From NCBI GenBank assembly GCA_030770535.1, contig JASVEC010000138.1:1-43830 (forward strand): a stretch of DNA of 43,830 bases, given 5' to 3'. A program made the position numbers and the translations under genes. Shown here in pieces: positions 25,943 through 36,108 of the stretch (positions are counted from its first letter, which is position 1; every line of letters starts with the position of its first letter). Under the pieces are notes generated by a model. It did no database searches, was not told the DNA's origin, and saw only the letters and a list, made by a program, of their open reading frames with translations. Source of the DNA: Batkoa obscura. Taxonomy: Eukaryota.

Positions 25943-26407
25943 TGTGAAATCTGATACTCAGCGATTGGAGTCAAGAACAGCTATTGCCTAGTTGACTGTA
26001 CTGTAAATTGAAAGGTCTTAGTTTATGTGACTAAGATAGACTTGAATTATGAAGAATAGCACGTAATAGGCTACAGACTATGTAAGACAAGTAGAATAGA
26101 CAATACTAGTGTAAGATCTACGTAAAATACTATTAAGAAAATTTAGTAGCTTTATTAAATGTACGAGATATCAGAAAATAATTCAGTTAAAAAGCCTCGA
26201 GTTACTATGTTCTAGGGTCTCCTTTATACTCGAACAAGTATGGGTATCAAAGCGGCGAGATAACATCCTTCGGAGTCATATAAAAGAAATTATTATAGCA
26301 AATCAAAATAAGAGCATGGGACTGATTGTCTCTAAACTCGAGAACACAATGCCTTAAGCGATTATTATACTATACTCAATCACGGAGCTGATAAAGTGAT
26401 GTTTCAA
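25943..26407. mobile_element. Solo LTR (~465 bp)
   Basis: Begins TGTGAAA and ends TTTCA(c)A, flanked by a 5-bp direct repeat AAGAG. The last ~100 bp match 43711-43806 in reverse orientation, where the terminus is an intact TGTGAAA. Confidence 0.72.
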
Positions 26408-26552
26408 AAGAGGTTTTTTAAAAAGCACTGAATTTAATCTACTTTTTGTTATTGGTAACAATTTTTTATAATATTTGAAGTATTTATTCGATATATAAAT
26501 ATTGTATTTCATGATGAATTTCAGCTTAAAGAATTTAAGACTGATAGTATAT

Positions 26553-26648
26553 AGGGATGTTTTTTTGATTTCATTACTTTTCCATTTTTTAAGCACTATT
26601 TGAGTGGATAAGTGCTAGTAAAATTCTTAAACACAAAAATATATCCCC
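26553..26648 (-). mobile_element. MITE family A copy
   Basis: AGGGATGTTTTT...AATATATCCCC, ATAT TSD. Confidence 0.93.
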
Positions 26649-26837
26649 ATATTATAATTTTATTGGTTTTTTAAATTTAATAAATACTATATGGGGATGT
26701 CTGAATTAGTTTCAGAATTTGTTTTAAATTAATCCAAATTTTTGAGTTTTAAATCTATAAGTCCTTAATATATGATTAGTTAAATTTGAATAGGTTAAAA
26801 TTGAAAAAATTTAGTTTAAAAGACTTATTTTAATTAT

Positions 26838-26936
26838 GGGGATGTATTTTTATGTTTAAGAATTTTACTAACAAATTTTCCGCCTTAAATAGTAGTTAAA
26901 AAATGGAAAAAATAATGAAGTAAAAAAAACACTCCC
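26838..26936 (+). mobile_element. MITE family A copy
   Basis: GGGGATGTATTTTT...AAACACTCCC, TTAT TSD. Confidence 0.95.
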
Positions 26937-27031
26937 TTATCTTATCCTTTTTAAATAACTACTTTTTTTTAATTATATGTTTTATATTGTTTTTATTAAA
27001 TGTTTAATAGACAGATAGTACATAAATATAT

Positions 27032-27127
27032 GGGAATGTGTTTTTTTGTTTGAGAGTTTTACTAACAATTTTTCCATTCAAATAGTGCTTAAAAGATGAA
27101 AAAGTAATGAAGCCAAAAAAACATCCC
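27032..27127 (+). mobile_element. MITE family A copy
   Basis: GGGAATGTGTTTTT...AAAACATCCC. Flanks ATAT/ATGT. Confidence 0.92.
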
Positions 27128-27607
27128 ATGTTTTCCCTTTAGTATGTAGCTCATATAGTTTCGGTTTTTTTACTTTAATTTGTTTGACGGATTTTTACTG
27201 TTTAATTTTTATTTATTACTCATAATATTAAAGCAAAAATATTACTCTTTAATAGAAACAATATTTAACTTAAGTTATCTATTACACTTTATATTAATTA
27301 TCTTCAATGAATAGCGATGATGATACACCTTTTTCTATTATGTTTTTTACTACAATCTAGAGCGCAAACAGGTAAAAACAATTAATAATTTTTTATATAA
27401 AAATAACAATCATTTTATTATGGTCAAAAAACCTTCAAATTTAGTGAATTAACTTATCTTTTAAACATTAACTCAATTACAACGACAACAATCTTTTAAT
27501 CAATTTCAATGATCTAAACAATAAACAAAGGAAATAATTTTATAAAAATTCTAAAGCCTATAACCAGAATCTTTAAAAATAAATTAAGACCTAAAATTTA
27601 AAAGAAA

Positions 27608-28085
27608 ATGTTGAAATCTATTTCCTGATCCTATACCAATTGCTCTTCATTACCTGTACCAATTTGAAATGTGATCAACCTAAGGCTATTGTGACTTTGA
27701 TCTCTGGTCTAATTTGTAAAACGAACACTAATTTCAATTTAACTTTAACCACCCATAGCATTAAATGTACATAAGCAAAGTCAGCTTCTGTTACAGCGAG
27801 CTACAGTGATAACATTATTGTATAATAAGTTCAAATGATACATAAAATAACTTAGCATTAATAATACATTGAATATTAAATCAAAGAAAAGGTGCATTAA
27901 GTACCAATCTGTTAAATACTCGTTTTGAATGAATGACTATGACGGGCACACAAGCCGGTAATGTAATTATTATCAAAGGAAAACTTTATCACCATTGTTC
28001 TTTGACTTTGAATATTTAGCGTTATAATAACAAAAAGCTGGCTAAACTTAATTTAGAGATCAAGGAAGCTAACTTTCAATTATGA
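27608..28085 (+). pseudogene. Pseudogene of the secreted four-Cys family
   Basis: MLK/YFLILYQLLFITCTNLKCDQPKAIVTLISGL...NLTLTTHSIKCT*...QRKGALS...FE*MTMTGTQAGNVIIIKGKL...LAKLNLEIKEANF, collinear with 33826-34296. Confidence 0.85.
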
Positions 28086-28532
28086 ATGTTTTTTAGACCC
28101 ATATTAACAAAGAAGTTATAGAATTGTTTTTAGAATGAAGTTTGTTTATAAAGGTATATAAAGTGAGCTTTATTTAACTTACATTCTATGTCGAAATTTA
28201 AATATTAAATGAGTTTTTATGTCTTTGTCATTCCTTTTATTTGATTACTTAATAAAACTATTTTATCAAAAATATTGTAGTAAATTGAATTCTGAAAAAA
28301 ATGTTGTAATAATGTCAGTGATAACACCACAATAAAAATTGAGACAAACTTAATAAATTTAGCCATTTTCTAATCCTAAATTTGACCGATTCACATCATT
28401 TTAAAAAAAAAATAGGATCTAGATAATTTGAACAATAAACAGAATGATATAAAAAACAAATGTCGTAATAATAGAGATGAAGTATTTAATAATAACAGTA
28501 ACTCTTTTCAACTTTAAAATAACAACTCTAAA

Positions 28533-29092
28533 ATGCTAGCTTTTAGTCCTTTACTGCTTATTTATAATCCAATGTAGAAACATAATATATGAACTCAATA
28601 AAGGTATTATTCGCCTGAAGCCCACTTTAAACTTTAAAATCAATATTAGTTTCAATTTATCATTTATATTAGAGAGTCTTAATTGCACAGCCGAAACTTT
28701 AATTATTATTTTTATACAATCCAGTAGTAATAGTAAATGTCCAATAGATTTAAAAGAAGCAAAAAGTAAAATGGCAGTTTTAATTAATCAACAATAGGGG
28801 GATTTTTTTTGGCTTCATTATTTTTTCCATCTTTTAAGTACTCTTTGAGTGGAAAAATTGTTAGTGAAATTCTTAAATACAAAAATATACCTCTATATAG
28901 TATAGGTGAAGGTAAATTAACTGTAGATACACATGGATCGAATTTTAAAGGATTCATGAGAATAGGTACACAAATTGATAATACGTTGAATATCAAAGCA
29001 GAGATTGTTAGGAATCTATTGGAAATAAATTATCAATGTTTTCGTAATAGGTAACCAATTTTAGAGTGGATGTTACACGAGCCAATTTTTAA
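28533..29092 (+). pseudogene. Pseudogene of the secreted four-Cys family, disrupted by a MITE
   Basis: NKGIIRLKPTLNFKINISFNLSFILESLNCT...SNSKCPIDLKEAKS...INQQ[MITE]YSIGEGKLTV...FKGFMRIGTQ...QC/VTNFRVDVTRANF*. Confidence 0.9.
28797..28894 (-). mobile_element. MITE family A copy inserted in a coding region
   Basis: Consensus match. Excision restores INQQYSIGEG, the same length as IYGKPSSGEG in paralog 33826. Confidence 0.92.
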
Positions 29093-29367
29093 TATTGAAA
29101 GTTTTTGTTTTGTTTAATAAGAAATCTATTGAGCTTACTTTTAAGTTATATGTGGCTCTAAAAACGAACATCATCTTTGATTCCATATACGTCATGTTAA
29201 AATTATTTAACTTTTTTTATAATAACTCAAATGATTGTAAATGAAAACTGAATTTTAAGCTATACATAGTACCTCCAATACAATTAAGAACATTAAGGGA
29301 TAAAAATATCAATCATTTTACTTCAACCAAGAAGCTTCTAAATTTAGTAAATCATCCTTCCATTTAA

Positions 29368-29488
29368 CCCTTCGAAGATTACTAACTTTTGGGGAAAATA
29401 TAGTTACAGCTAGCCCCTTCGAAGCAAATTTACCAAAAGATAAATACATTTAACTAATAGAATTCAAAAATTAGTGATCTTCAAGGGA
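29368..29488. mobile_element. piggyBac-like MITE (121 bp)
   Basis: TTAA|CCCTTCGAAGATTACTAACTTTTG ... CAAAAATTAGTGATCTTCAAGGGA|TTAA. Imperfect 24-bp TIRs, TTAA flanks and an internal CCCTTCGAAG repeat. Confidence 0.6.
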
Positions 29489-29701
29489 TTAAATATTACA
29501 TTTTAGTCTGAACAAATATACCCGTCTCAATCATTTAAAAAGCTAAGGATCAACTCAACCTCACCTTGATAACAATCTTGATTTTAATTTTGACGATTTA
29601 AATAATAAACAAAAAAATAGTTGAATAATAAAAGAAGTCCTAAATTATAAAGTAAATTATTTAAATAAAACTAAAGTTTCTCCCTTCAAGAATTGAAGAA
29701 A

Positions 29702-30166
29702 ATACTTCAACTCTATTGTTTAGTTCTCTACTTTTTACTTTTCATATATTCTATCAATCTAAAATGTAATCATGGTCAAGGTAATATGACCTTAAACCTT
29801 AGTATCAGCTTTAAAATCAAAGTAGATTTAAGTTTAAGCTCGACTATTAAGATTATTAAATAAATGCCAGTAAACTCTGTCCCTATCATTCTAACTTCTG
29901 GAGGTAGTAGATATTGTATAACCAATTTAGAAAAAGAAGCCAATGTAAGTATTATGATTTATAAAAAATTCAATCAAAGGAAAGGTAGATTAATAGCGGA
30001 TCTATCAGGTTTCAATTTTAAAGGAGTAATGATAACGCGTACACAAGTTGGTAAGTTGATAGCTATCAAAGCAAAAATTGTGGATAGTACAACTACTATG
30101 ACTTCTAATTATTATAGCGATTCTCTATCAAGCTTTGAAGTTATAGTTGTCAATGCTACTTTTTAA
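29702..30166 (+). pseudogene. Recent pseudogene of the secreted four-Cys family (start ATG>ATA, one in-frame stop at Cys2)
   Basis: One frame: ILQLYCLVLYFLLFIYSINLKCNHGQG...FKIKVDLSLSSTIKIIK*MPVNSV...YC...FNFKGVMITRTQVG...VVNATF*. It aligns end to end with 33826-34296. Confidence 0.88.
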
Positions 30167-31200
30167 TGCTCGATATTTTTAAAATATTTTCAATACAATC
30201 GTTGTTAATTTGGTTCTATAGAGATAACTTTTTGTATAAATAAGTTGTGATAATCGAATCGATTATTCTATCCAATTGTATCTTAATAATAAAATAATTG
30301 AATATTTTTGATACTACAATACGACTAAAAAATAGAATTCAGCCAATTGATTTAGTTTTCAAATATATTAAATAAAATACGTTAATATTAATATTGAACT
30401 CTAAATAAAAGGTATAATAAAGTTTTCCAATATAAAAAACTCCGTTTTTCTATAACAATAAGGCATTTTAATAACTTATAACTTACAATTTAAATACACC
30501 ATAAATAGTAACTTGATTATTAAATTTAGTATCTACTAAATTAGTTTTATATGATACAATTAAATGAATTCAACACTATAGTAACACCCAACTTTGTAAC
30601 CATAAGATCTTTTTTTTCTATTCAAAAAACGACGGAAGCATGAGGAGTTTGATTTAATATAAATAAATGTCAAAGTATCCTATATTAACAATCAAAGTCA
30701 ACTTATTTGACTCAAATAGCATTTACTAATTTATAAAATATTACCCTGGTTGTCAGTTATTTTTAAATTCAATATAGAATGGAGTAAAATTTAAAGAATA
30801 ACACTAATAAACCATAGATGAATGTTGTTTTTTCCCTATATTAATTAAAATTTTATTAAACCATACATTTAATTCATTTGTATAATTCTATTTGAGTTAT
30901 TATAAATCAAATTAAAATTTTATGAATAGATATTGATTTTGTTGTTTAAATTGTGAATTTTATTGACAAAATAGAGAATGATAATAGTAAACATACATAC
31001 ATTAAAAAATAAATCAAAATGAAAATAAATACTACAAAATGCCCTTGAGTTTGAATTTTATATAAGAAATAACTTATTATGGATTATAAGATATGATTAT
31101 TGATTTAAAGGATATAAAGTTGAGGGAAAGAAAAGAAAAGGAACATTAATAAACACCTAAATTATTAAAGGTGAATTTGATTCACTAAGTCAAAAAGAAA

Positions 31201-31806
31201 TCAAATAAAGGAACGATAATAACATGACATAAGTTGGCAGAAAGAAACCAATATGAATTGAAACTCATGAATTTTTAAATTATCGCTGAATTGTAATTCA
31301 GCTAACATTGTACTTGTATGTCTCAAAGTACATAAAGCTAAAATAACTTCAGGATCTTTGGGATCCATTAATTTCCATAATTTTATTCCATCATATTTAT
31401 TTTTTTCTATTATAATAATATACCGTGTTACATTTAATCTATCGGATAGAATTAAATTATAAGACTTATCATCCACTTTAAAAACTTCGGCCGAAATTGA
31501 ATTGAAGTTAATAATAAACTTAAGATAATAATTCGTATCCGGGATAATTTTAGATTCCATCAATGAAATATTACTTTGTTTCTTATCCTTTATTTTAATA
31601 CCATGATCATATTGATAAACTTTAAACCAAGTTGATTTTTGAGCGACTTCTTTAATAGACCAAGATGAATTGACTACTTCTGAGCTAAAACAAAAATTCA
31701 TAGAAATAATAAATTTCTTAGTAGATACTTGATTATAACTAGGTAATTTGATATCTTGATAATATTTTGAGTACTTAGGCAATAATTCATTATTAATAGT
31801 CGACAT
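31201..31806 (-). CDS. Hypothetical intronless protein with two N-terminal LPxY motifs
   Basis: 201-aa ORF with an ATG start in stop-rich DNA. LPKY and LPSY lie near the N-terminus. No family recognised. Confidence 0.7.
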   Translation of the reverse strand: MSTINNELLPKYSKYYQDIKLPSYNQVSTKKFIISMNFCFSSEVVNSSWSIKEVAQKSTWFKVYQYDHGIKIKDKKQSNISLMESKIIPDTNYYLKFIINFNSISAEVFKVDDKSYNLILSDRLNVTRYIIIIEKNKYDGIKLWKLMDPKDPEVILALCTLRHTSTMLAELQFSDNLKIHEFQFILVSFCQLMSCYYRSFI

Positions 31807-33231
31807 AGTCCATAGTTTAGTTAACTAAAAAAATGATACTATTATACTCTCTTTTATACTATTTATCTAAAACAACTGCGCTAAAGATAAATACTAAAAT
31901 TATAATCTATTTTTATTATATCAATATTCATTAAGGTGTAAATTACTATATTAAAAAAAGATTTAAAGCGTTAATTACGCTATTATTTTCTATTTTTACT
32001 TAATTTAAGAGGTACACCATGATATTTTTATTTATTTAAAATAATTGTTAGTTCTATATTTAATATACATCATATTTGATCTACACTATACACAAAAAAA
32101 TGATATTATATTATAGTTGTTAATAGATAAACTATATGTATTATATTTCAGTACATCAAATAAACACAATCAATAAATTCTATGAGTTATATTGACCAAA
32201 TAAAGCACTTTCAAGAATATTACTAAATTAGAAAAGATTCTTTTTATGAAAATAAGATAGTCTATAATTTATAATTTATAATTTCCTAAAGGCTTCTATT
32301 TGAGATAAAAATTTTAGTGCTTTGATCATTACTAGTTTGCTTACTTTTCATATTCATCGCTCATCTCATTGCTGCTATAACTCTTTATCTTTTTTTCACA
32401 TGAATCAAATGCTACCTTTGCAAAGTAGGATAAGGGTTAAATGGAATTCTTCGGATATTAATAAATTGTAAAATTTCAATTGATGAGTCATAATTCATAT
32501 TAAAATTCAAAATTCAAGTTTAAACTCATTTTTATATTTATTAATTTTTAAGCTTTAAGTTGAATGTTATAATTAATAAACTTTACTAAATATCGAATCC
32601 TTGGTATCAATAAAAAGAAATATGGTTTAATTGCTAAATTATTATAATTCCTAATTAGATAAACAATTCAATTTTTTTAAAATTAAATTACCATTTTTAT
32701 ACTTTATGTTTAAAATATAAATAAAATTAAAGTTTGGAACTTTAAACTTAAGATTCGAATTACTATCGAAATCAGTGAGCATTTGTAACTTTATTAATAG
32801 TTCAAGCCAAGGATACCTATGATACATTATATAATTTTTTTCTATTATTTATTCATTTTTTTCATGCTATTACTATTATTAAGTAGAAGTTGACATTTTA
32901 TTTAAAATTTCAATAGTAAAATTTGGAATAAATCTTAAAACACTTTGATACTTTATTTGTTTAGAAGGCAAGTTTATATCAAGTTTAGTTCAATTACTTG
33001 TAAAAATACATGATATCTTTTTTGATTCGATTTCTATTTCCATTTTTTGAGTGTTATTAGTTAATAAAAGTACTATTATAATTTTTTAATATTTTTGTAG
33101 AGATAGTTTTGGTACTCCCAAGCACTTTATTAACAAAAATTAACTAAATTGAATTAGGAAAAGGAGAGGACAAAGATATTATTTATAGAGAAAATCTAAC
33201 TTTCCTTGCAGATAGGAGAGCCTTGATCTAT

Positions 33232-33342
33232 GAGGAGTGTTTTTTTCGGGCTATTTTTCATTCAAAAAAGAAAGAGGGAATCACTAGTTATGATGATTCG
33301 CCAAAATATTGTTAAAATCCTTCAATAAAGAAAGACATATCC
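33232..33342 (-). mobile_element. Divergent relative of MITE family A
   Basis: Ends GAGGAGTGTTTTTTT ... AAAGACATATCC resemble family-A TIRs. The interior is largely different. Confidence 0.45.
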
Positions 33343-33439
33343 ATACCTTTATAAAACAATTTGAAAAATAAATATTAAATAAACTATTTTCGTATAATAT
33401 AAATAAGCTTTAGATATTATTATATTTATTAAATCATAT

Positions 33440-33539
33440 AGAGATGTATTTTTGTGTTTAAGAATTTTATTAACAATTTTTTCACTCAGATAGCGCTTAA
33501 AAGATGGAAAAAATGATGAAGCCAAAAAAAAACATCTCC
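33440..33539 (+). mobile_element. MITE family A copy
   Basis: AGAGATGTATTTTT...AAAACATCTCC, ATAT TSD. Confidence 0.93.
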
Positions 33540-33825
33540 ATATTCTAATTTTTATTATTATTAAATAAAAGATTATCATAATCTATTTTTAACGAAATAA
33601 CAATAATTCCAGCTCTATCAAAAAAAACCCTTCTAAATTTAATTAATTTTTAATCTTTTTTAAATTGGACCTCAGCCATCTATTGACATCACACTTATTT
33701 TCACATTTTTATTTCGAAGATCCAAAAAATAAAAGATAAACACAAAAAGGATAATCCACTAATATAAAGTTACAAACTATAACTGCAAGATATAAAAAAA
33801 ACTATTTACTTTTAATAAATTAAAA

Positions 33826-34296
33826 ATGTTAAAATATTACTTATTGTCCCTTTATTTTGTTTTCTTTGTATATTCAGTGAATTTAAAGTGTAAACCTAGT
33901 AAAGGTTTAATTAATGTAAACCCTGGTGTCAATTTTAAAGTCAAAACAGATCTTTCTTTGTCATTGACTATTGAAAGCATCAATTGTACACCTGTCAACT
34001 CAGTAGCTATCCAAATTAATACCAATGGTAACAGCAATTGTCCATTAATCTTAAAAGAAGCGACAAGTATTATAACAATTGTAATTTATGGCAAACCAAG
34101 TTCAGGGGAGGGTACATTTACGATTAGCCCGTTTAATTTTAGTTTCAAAGGCGTTATGAGAACGGGTACACAAAGTGGTAATCCAGTAGAAATAAGAGGT
34201 AGATTAAGTAGTAATCCAATTGAGTTGACTTCTCAGTGTTTGGGTGATAACGGAGTAACGAAACTTAAAGTGGATGTTACACAAGCTAGTTTTTAA
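33826..34296 (+). CDS. Secreted four-Cys beta-rich protein, intact
   Basis: 156-aa intronless ORF with a signal peptide. LKCKPSKG..NPGV..INCT..SNCP..GEGTFTI..FKGVMRTGTQSG..QCLGDNGV..ASF. Confidence 0.9.
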   Translation: MLKYYLLSLYFVFFVYSVNLKCKPSKGLINVNPGVNFKVKTDLSLSLTIESINCTPVNSVAIQINTNGNSNCPLILKEATSIITIVIYGKPSSGEGTFTISPFNFSFKGVMRTGTQSGNPVEIRGRLSSNPIELTSQCLGDNGVTKLKVDVTQASF

Positions 34297-34539
34297 TATT
34301 AAAAAAATTACCAATTTGTTTATTTTGTTTATTTTATTTTTTTTGCTATTTTCAATTTTATTAAACTTTGAAAATTTAACTTCAGATTGGTTTTAAAGTA
34401 TAAGAATAGTAAATAAAACTCATATTGTTATAATGAAAGAAAGACTTTATATAATACAGCTTCATATTAGTTGATTTCAATAAGCCCAAAGATAAACAAA
34501 AAAAGAAAATTATATAAAAACCTTAAGGATAGAAATATT

Positions 34540-35070
34540 TTATTTTAATAATTTAGAGTACAAATCAATCAAAGGAATATGTAATGTAACTTTAGGATTC
34601 CATTTTAAAATAAATATAGTTTACAACTTATTATCAACTATCAAAAATAGTTATTTAAACTTGACAACTCAATTTCAATATTAGTTATTTTTAAGGAAAA
34701 CAATAATTACCCGATGGCTTTGAAATCATTAAAAAAGTAATATAAGAAAAATAATTCATGATAAACTGAACAAAGGAGGAAGTACGTTAAGTATTAATGT
34801 ATTCAACTTTGATTTTAAAGGTATAATAAGGACCAATATATAAGTTAATAATTCAATAATAATTGGGGATGTATTTTTGTGTTTAAGAGTTTTACTGACA
34901 ATCTTTCCACTCAAATAGTGCTTAAAAAATGGAAAAGTAATGAAATCGAAAAAAACACCCCCAATTCAACACAATCCAGATCATTATGTTTCATTGAATT
35001 TAATTACTTAATGTTAAAATAAGAATGTATTAAAAAAGTTTAATTGAAAATTAAAGAAACTTTATTCTAG
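34540..35070 (+). pseudogene. Heavily decayed pseudogene of the secreted four-Cys family with a MITE insertion
   Basis: IKGICNVTLGFHFKINI...NNYPMALK...NKGGSTLSINVFNFDFKGIIRTNI*VNNSIII[MITE]QH...LIT*C...KIKETLF*. The 5' boundary is approximate. Confidence 0.75.
34865..34962 (+). mobile_element. MITE family A copy inserted in a pseudogene
   Basis: GGGGATGTATTTTT...AAAACACCCCC, AATT TSD. Confidence 0.95.
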
Positions 35071-35549
35071 TTATTGAATAGAATTATAAAGATAAAAATA
35101 AGTGTTATCGATAATTGATATCAATTGATTTCTGTTTTTACTTAATCTAATATTTGTCAATCAATTTTTTTAATAATAAAAAAAGAATATATTGAGCATA
35201 CATTGTTATTATATAATAAAACAATGATACAGTATTAAATAAGATAAAATAAAAATAGAATTGGAGTTTATCAATTTTAGTATTTAAAATGATTTTATAA
35301 TAGTAACAAGAAATTCTGAATTTAAGAAACATTTCCAAATTTAGTAAATTATTCTTATTCTTTTTGATCTCACTCTTTTTTTTAAAGTAGAAAATTTAAT
35401 GTCTTTAAAATAAATGTTCAACATTTTGAAAAGATCACCAAAGATTATCTTTGATAATAATTTTTTTAATGATTTTTTAGTAAAATTCATATCTTTTTTT
35501 AATAAAAGATAATAATAAAAATTTTATTAAAATTTATAACATTTAAATC

Positions 35550-36035
35550 ATGTTCAATTTTTACATATTATTCCTTCTTTTCCTTCCTTGTATTACTTCT
35601 CATATTTATATCTGTTCACCTACCAATGGTAATATTCAATTAAATTCTAAACTTAATTTTAAAGTTAATTATCCATTTATTGCAAACACTACTATTCCCA
35701 CTCTTAACTGTACTTCATCTACTTTATTTACTTCACCTACTTTCACTTCCATTACTATCCTCACTAATAGTTATGGTAAATGTCCACTAACATTAAATCA
35801 AATCGAAAGTAAAATAATAATTCAACTTAATAATTTATCAAATTATGGTAATGGTATATTAACTATTAAGGATTATGATTTTAATTTTAAGGGTAAAATA
35901 AAAGAAGGTGAACAGAATGGGAATATCATTAATATCCAAAGTAAAATCATTAATGATAAAAATGAATTATTTAATAATTGTTTACATGGTGGATTATTTA
36001 AATTTAAATTGAAAGTTAATAATGTTTTATTTTGA
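35550..36035 (+). CDS. Secreted four-Cys beta-rich protein, intact
   Basis: 161-aa intronless ORF with a signal peptide. ICSPTNG..LNFKVN..LNCT..GKCP..GNGILTI..FNFKGKIKEGEQNG..NCLHGG..VLF. Confidence 0.88.
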   Translation: MFNFYILFLLFLPCITSHIYICSPTNGNIQLNSKLNFKVNYPFIANTTIPTLNCTSSTLFTSPTFTSITILTNSYGKCPLTLNQIESKIIIQLNNLSNYGNGILTIKDYDFNFKGKIKEGEQNGNIINIQSKIINDKNELFNNCLHGGLFKFKLKVNNVLF

Positions 36036-36108
36036 TTCATATTAATATATTATGAAATAAATTGAATTGTTTATTTATGATTTTATTTATGATTTTATTA
36101 TCCTTAAT

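Noticed and set aside
33010..33085. Very degenerate family-A MITE fragment (similar traces near 12875-12910)
   Set aside because: No intact TIRs or TSD, and the similarity is confined to T-rich tracts.
8871..33579. Short ORFs 8871-9053, 10824-11012, 26354-26596, 28784-28996, 28809-29054 and 33349-33579 that resemble each other
   Set aside because: The similarity comes from read-through of MITE sequence, not from a protein family.
22582..34037. Antisense ORFs 22582-22830, 24138-24479, 24163-24357 and 33852-34037
   Set aside because: Opposite-strand shadows of the secreted-family genes.
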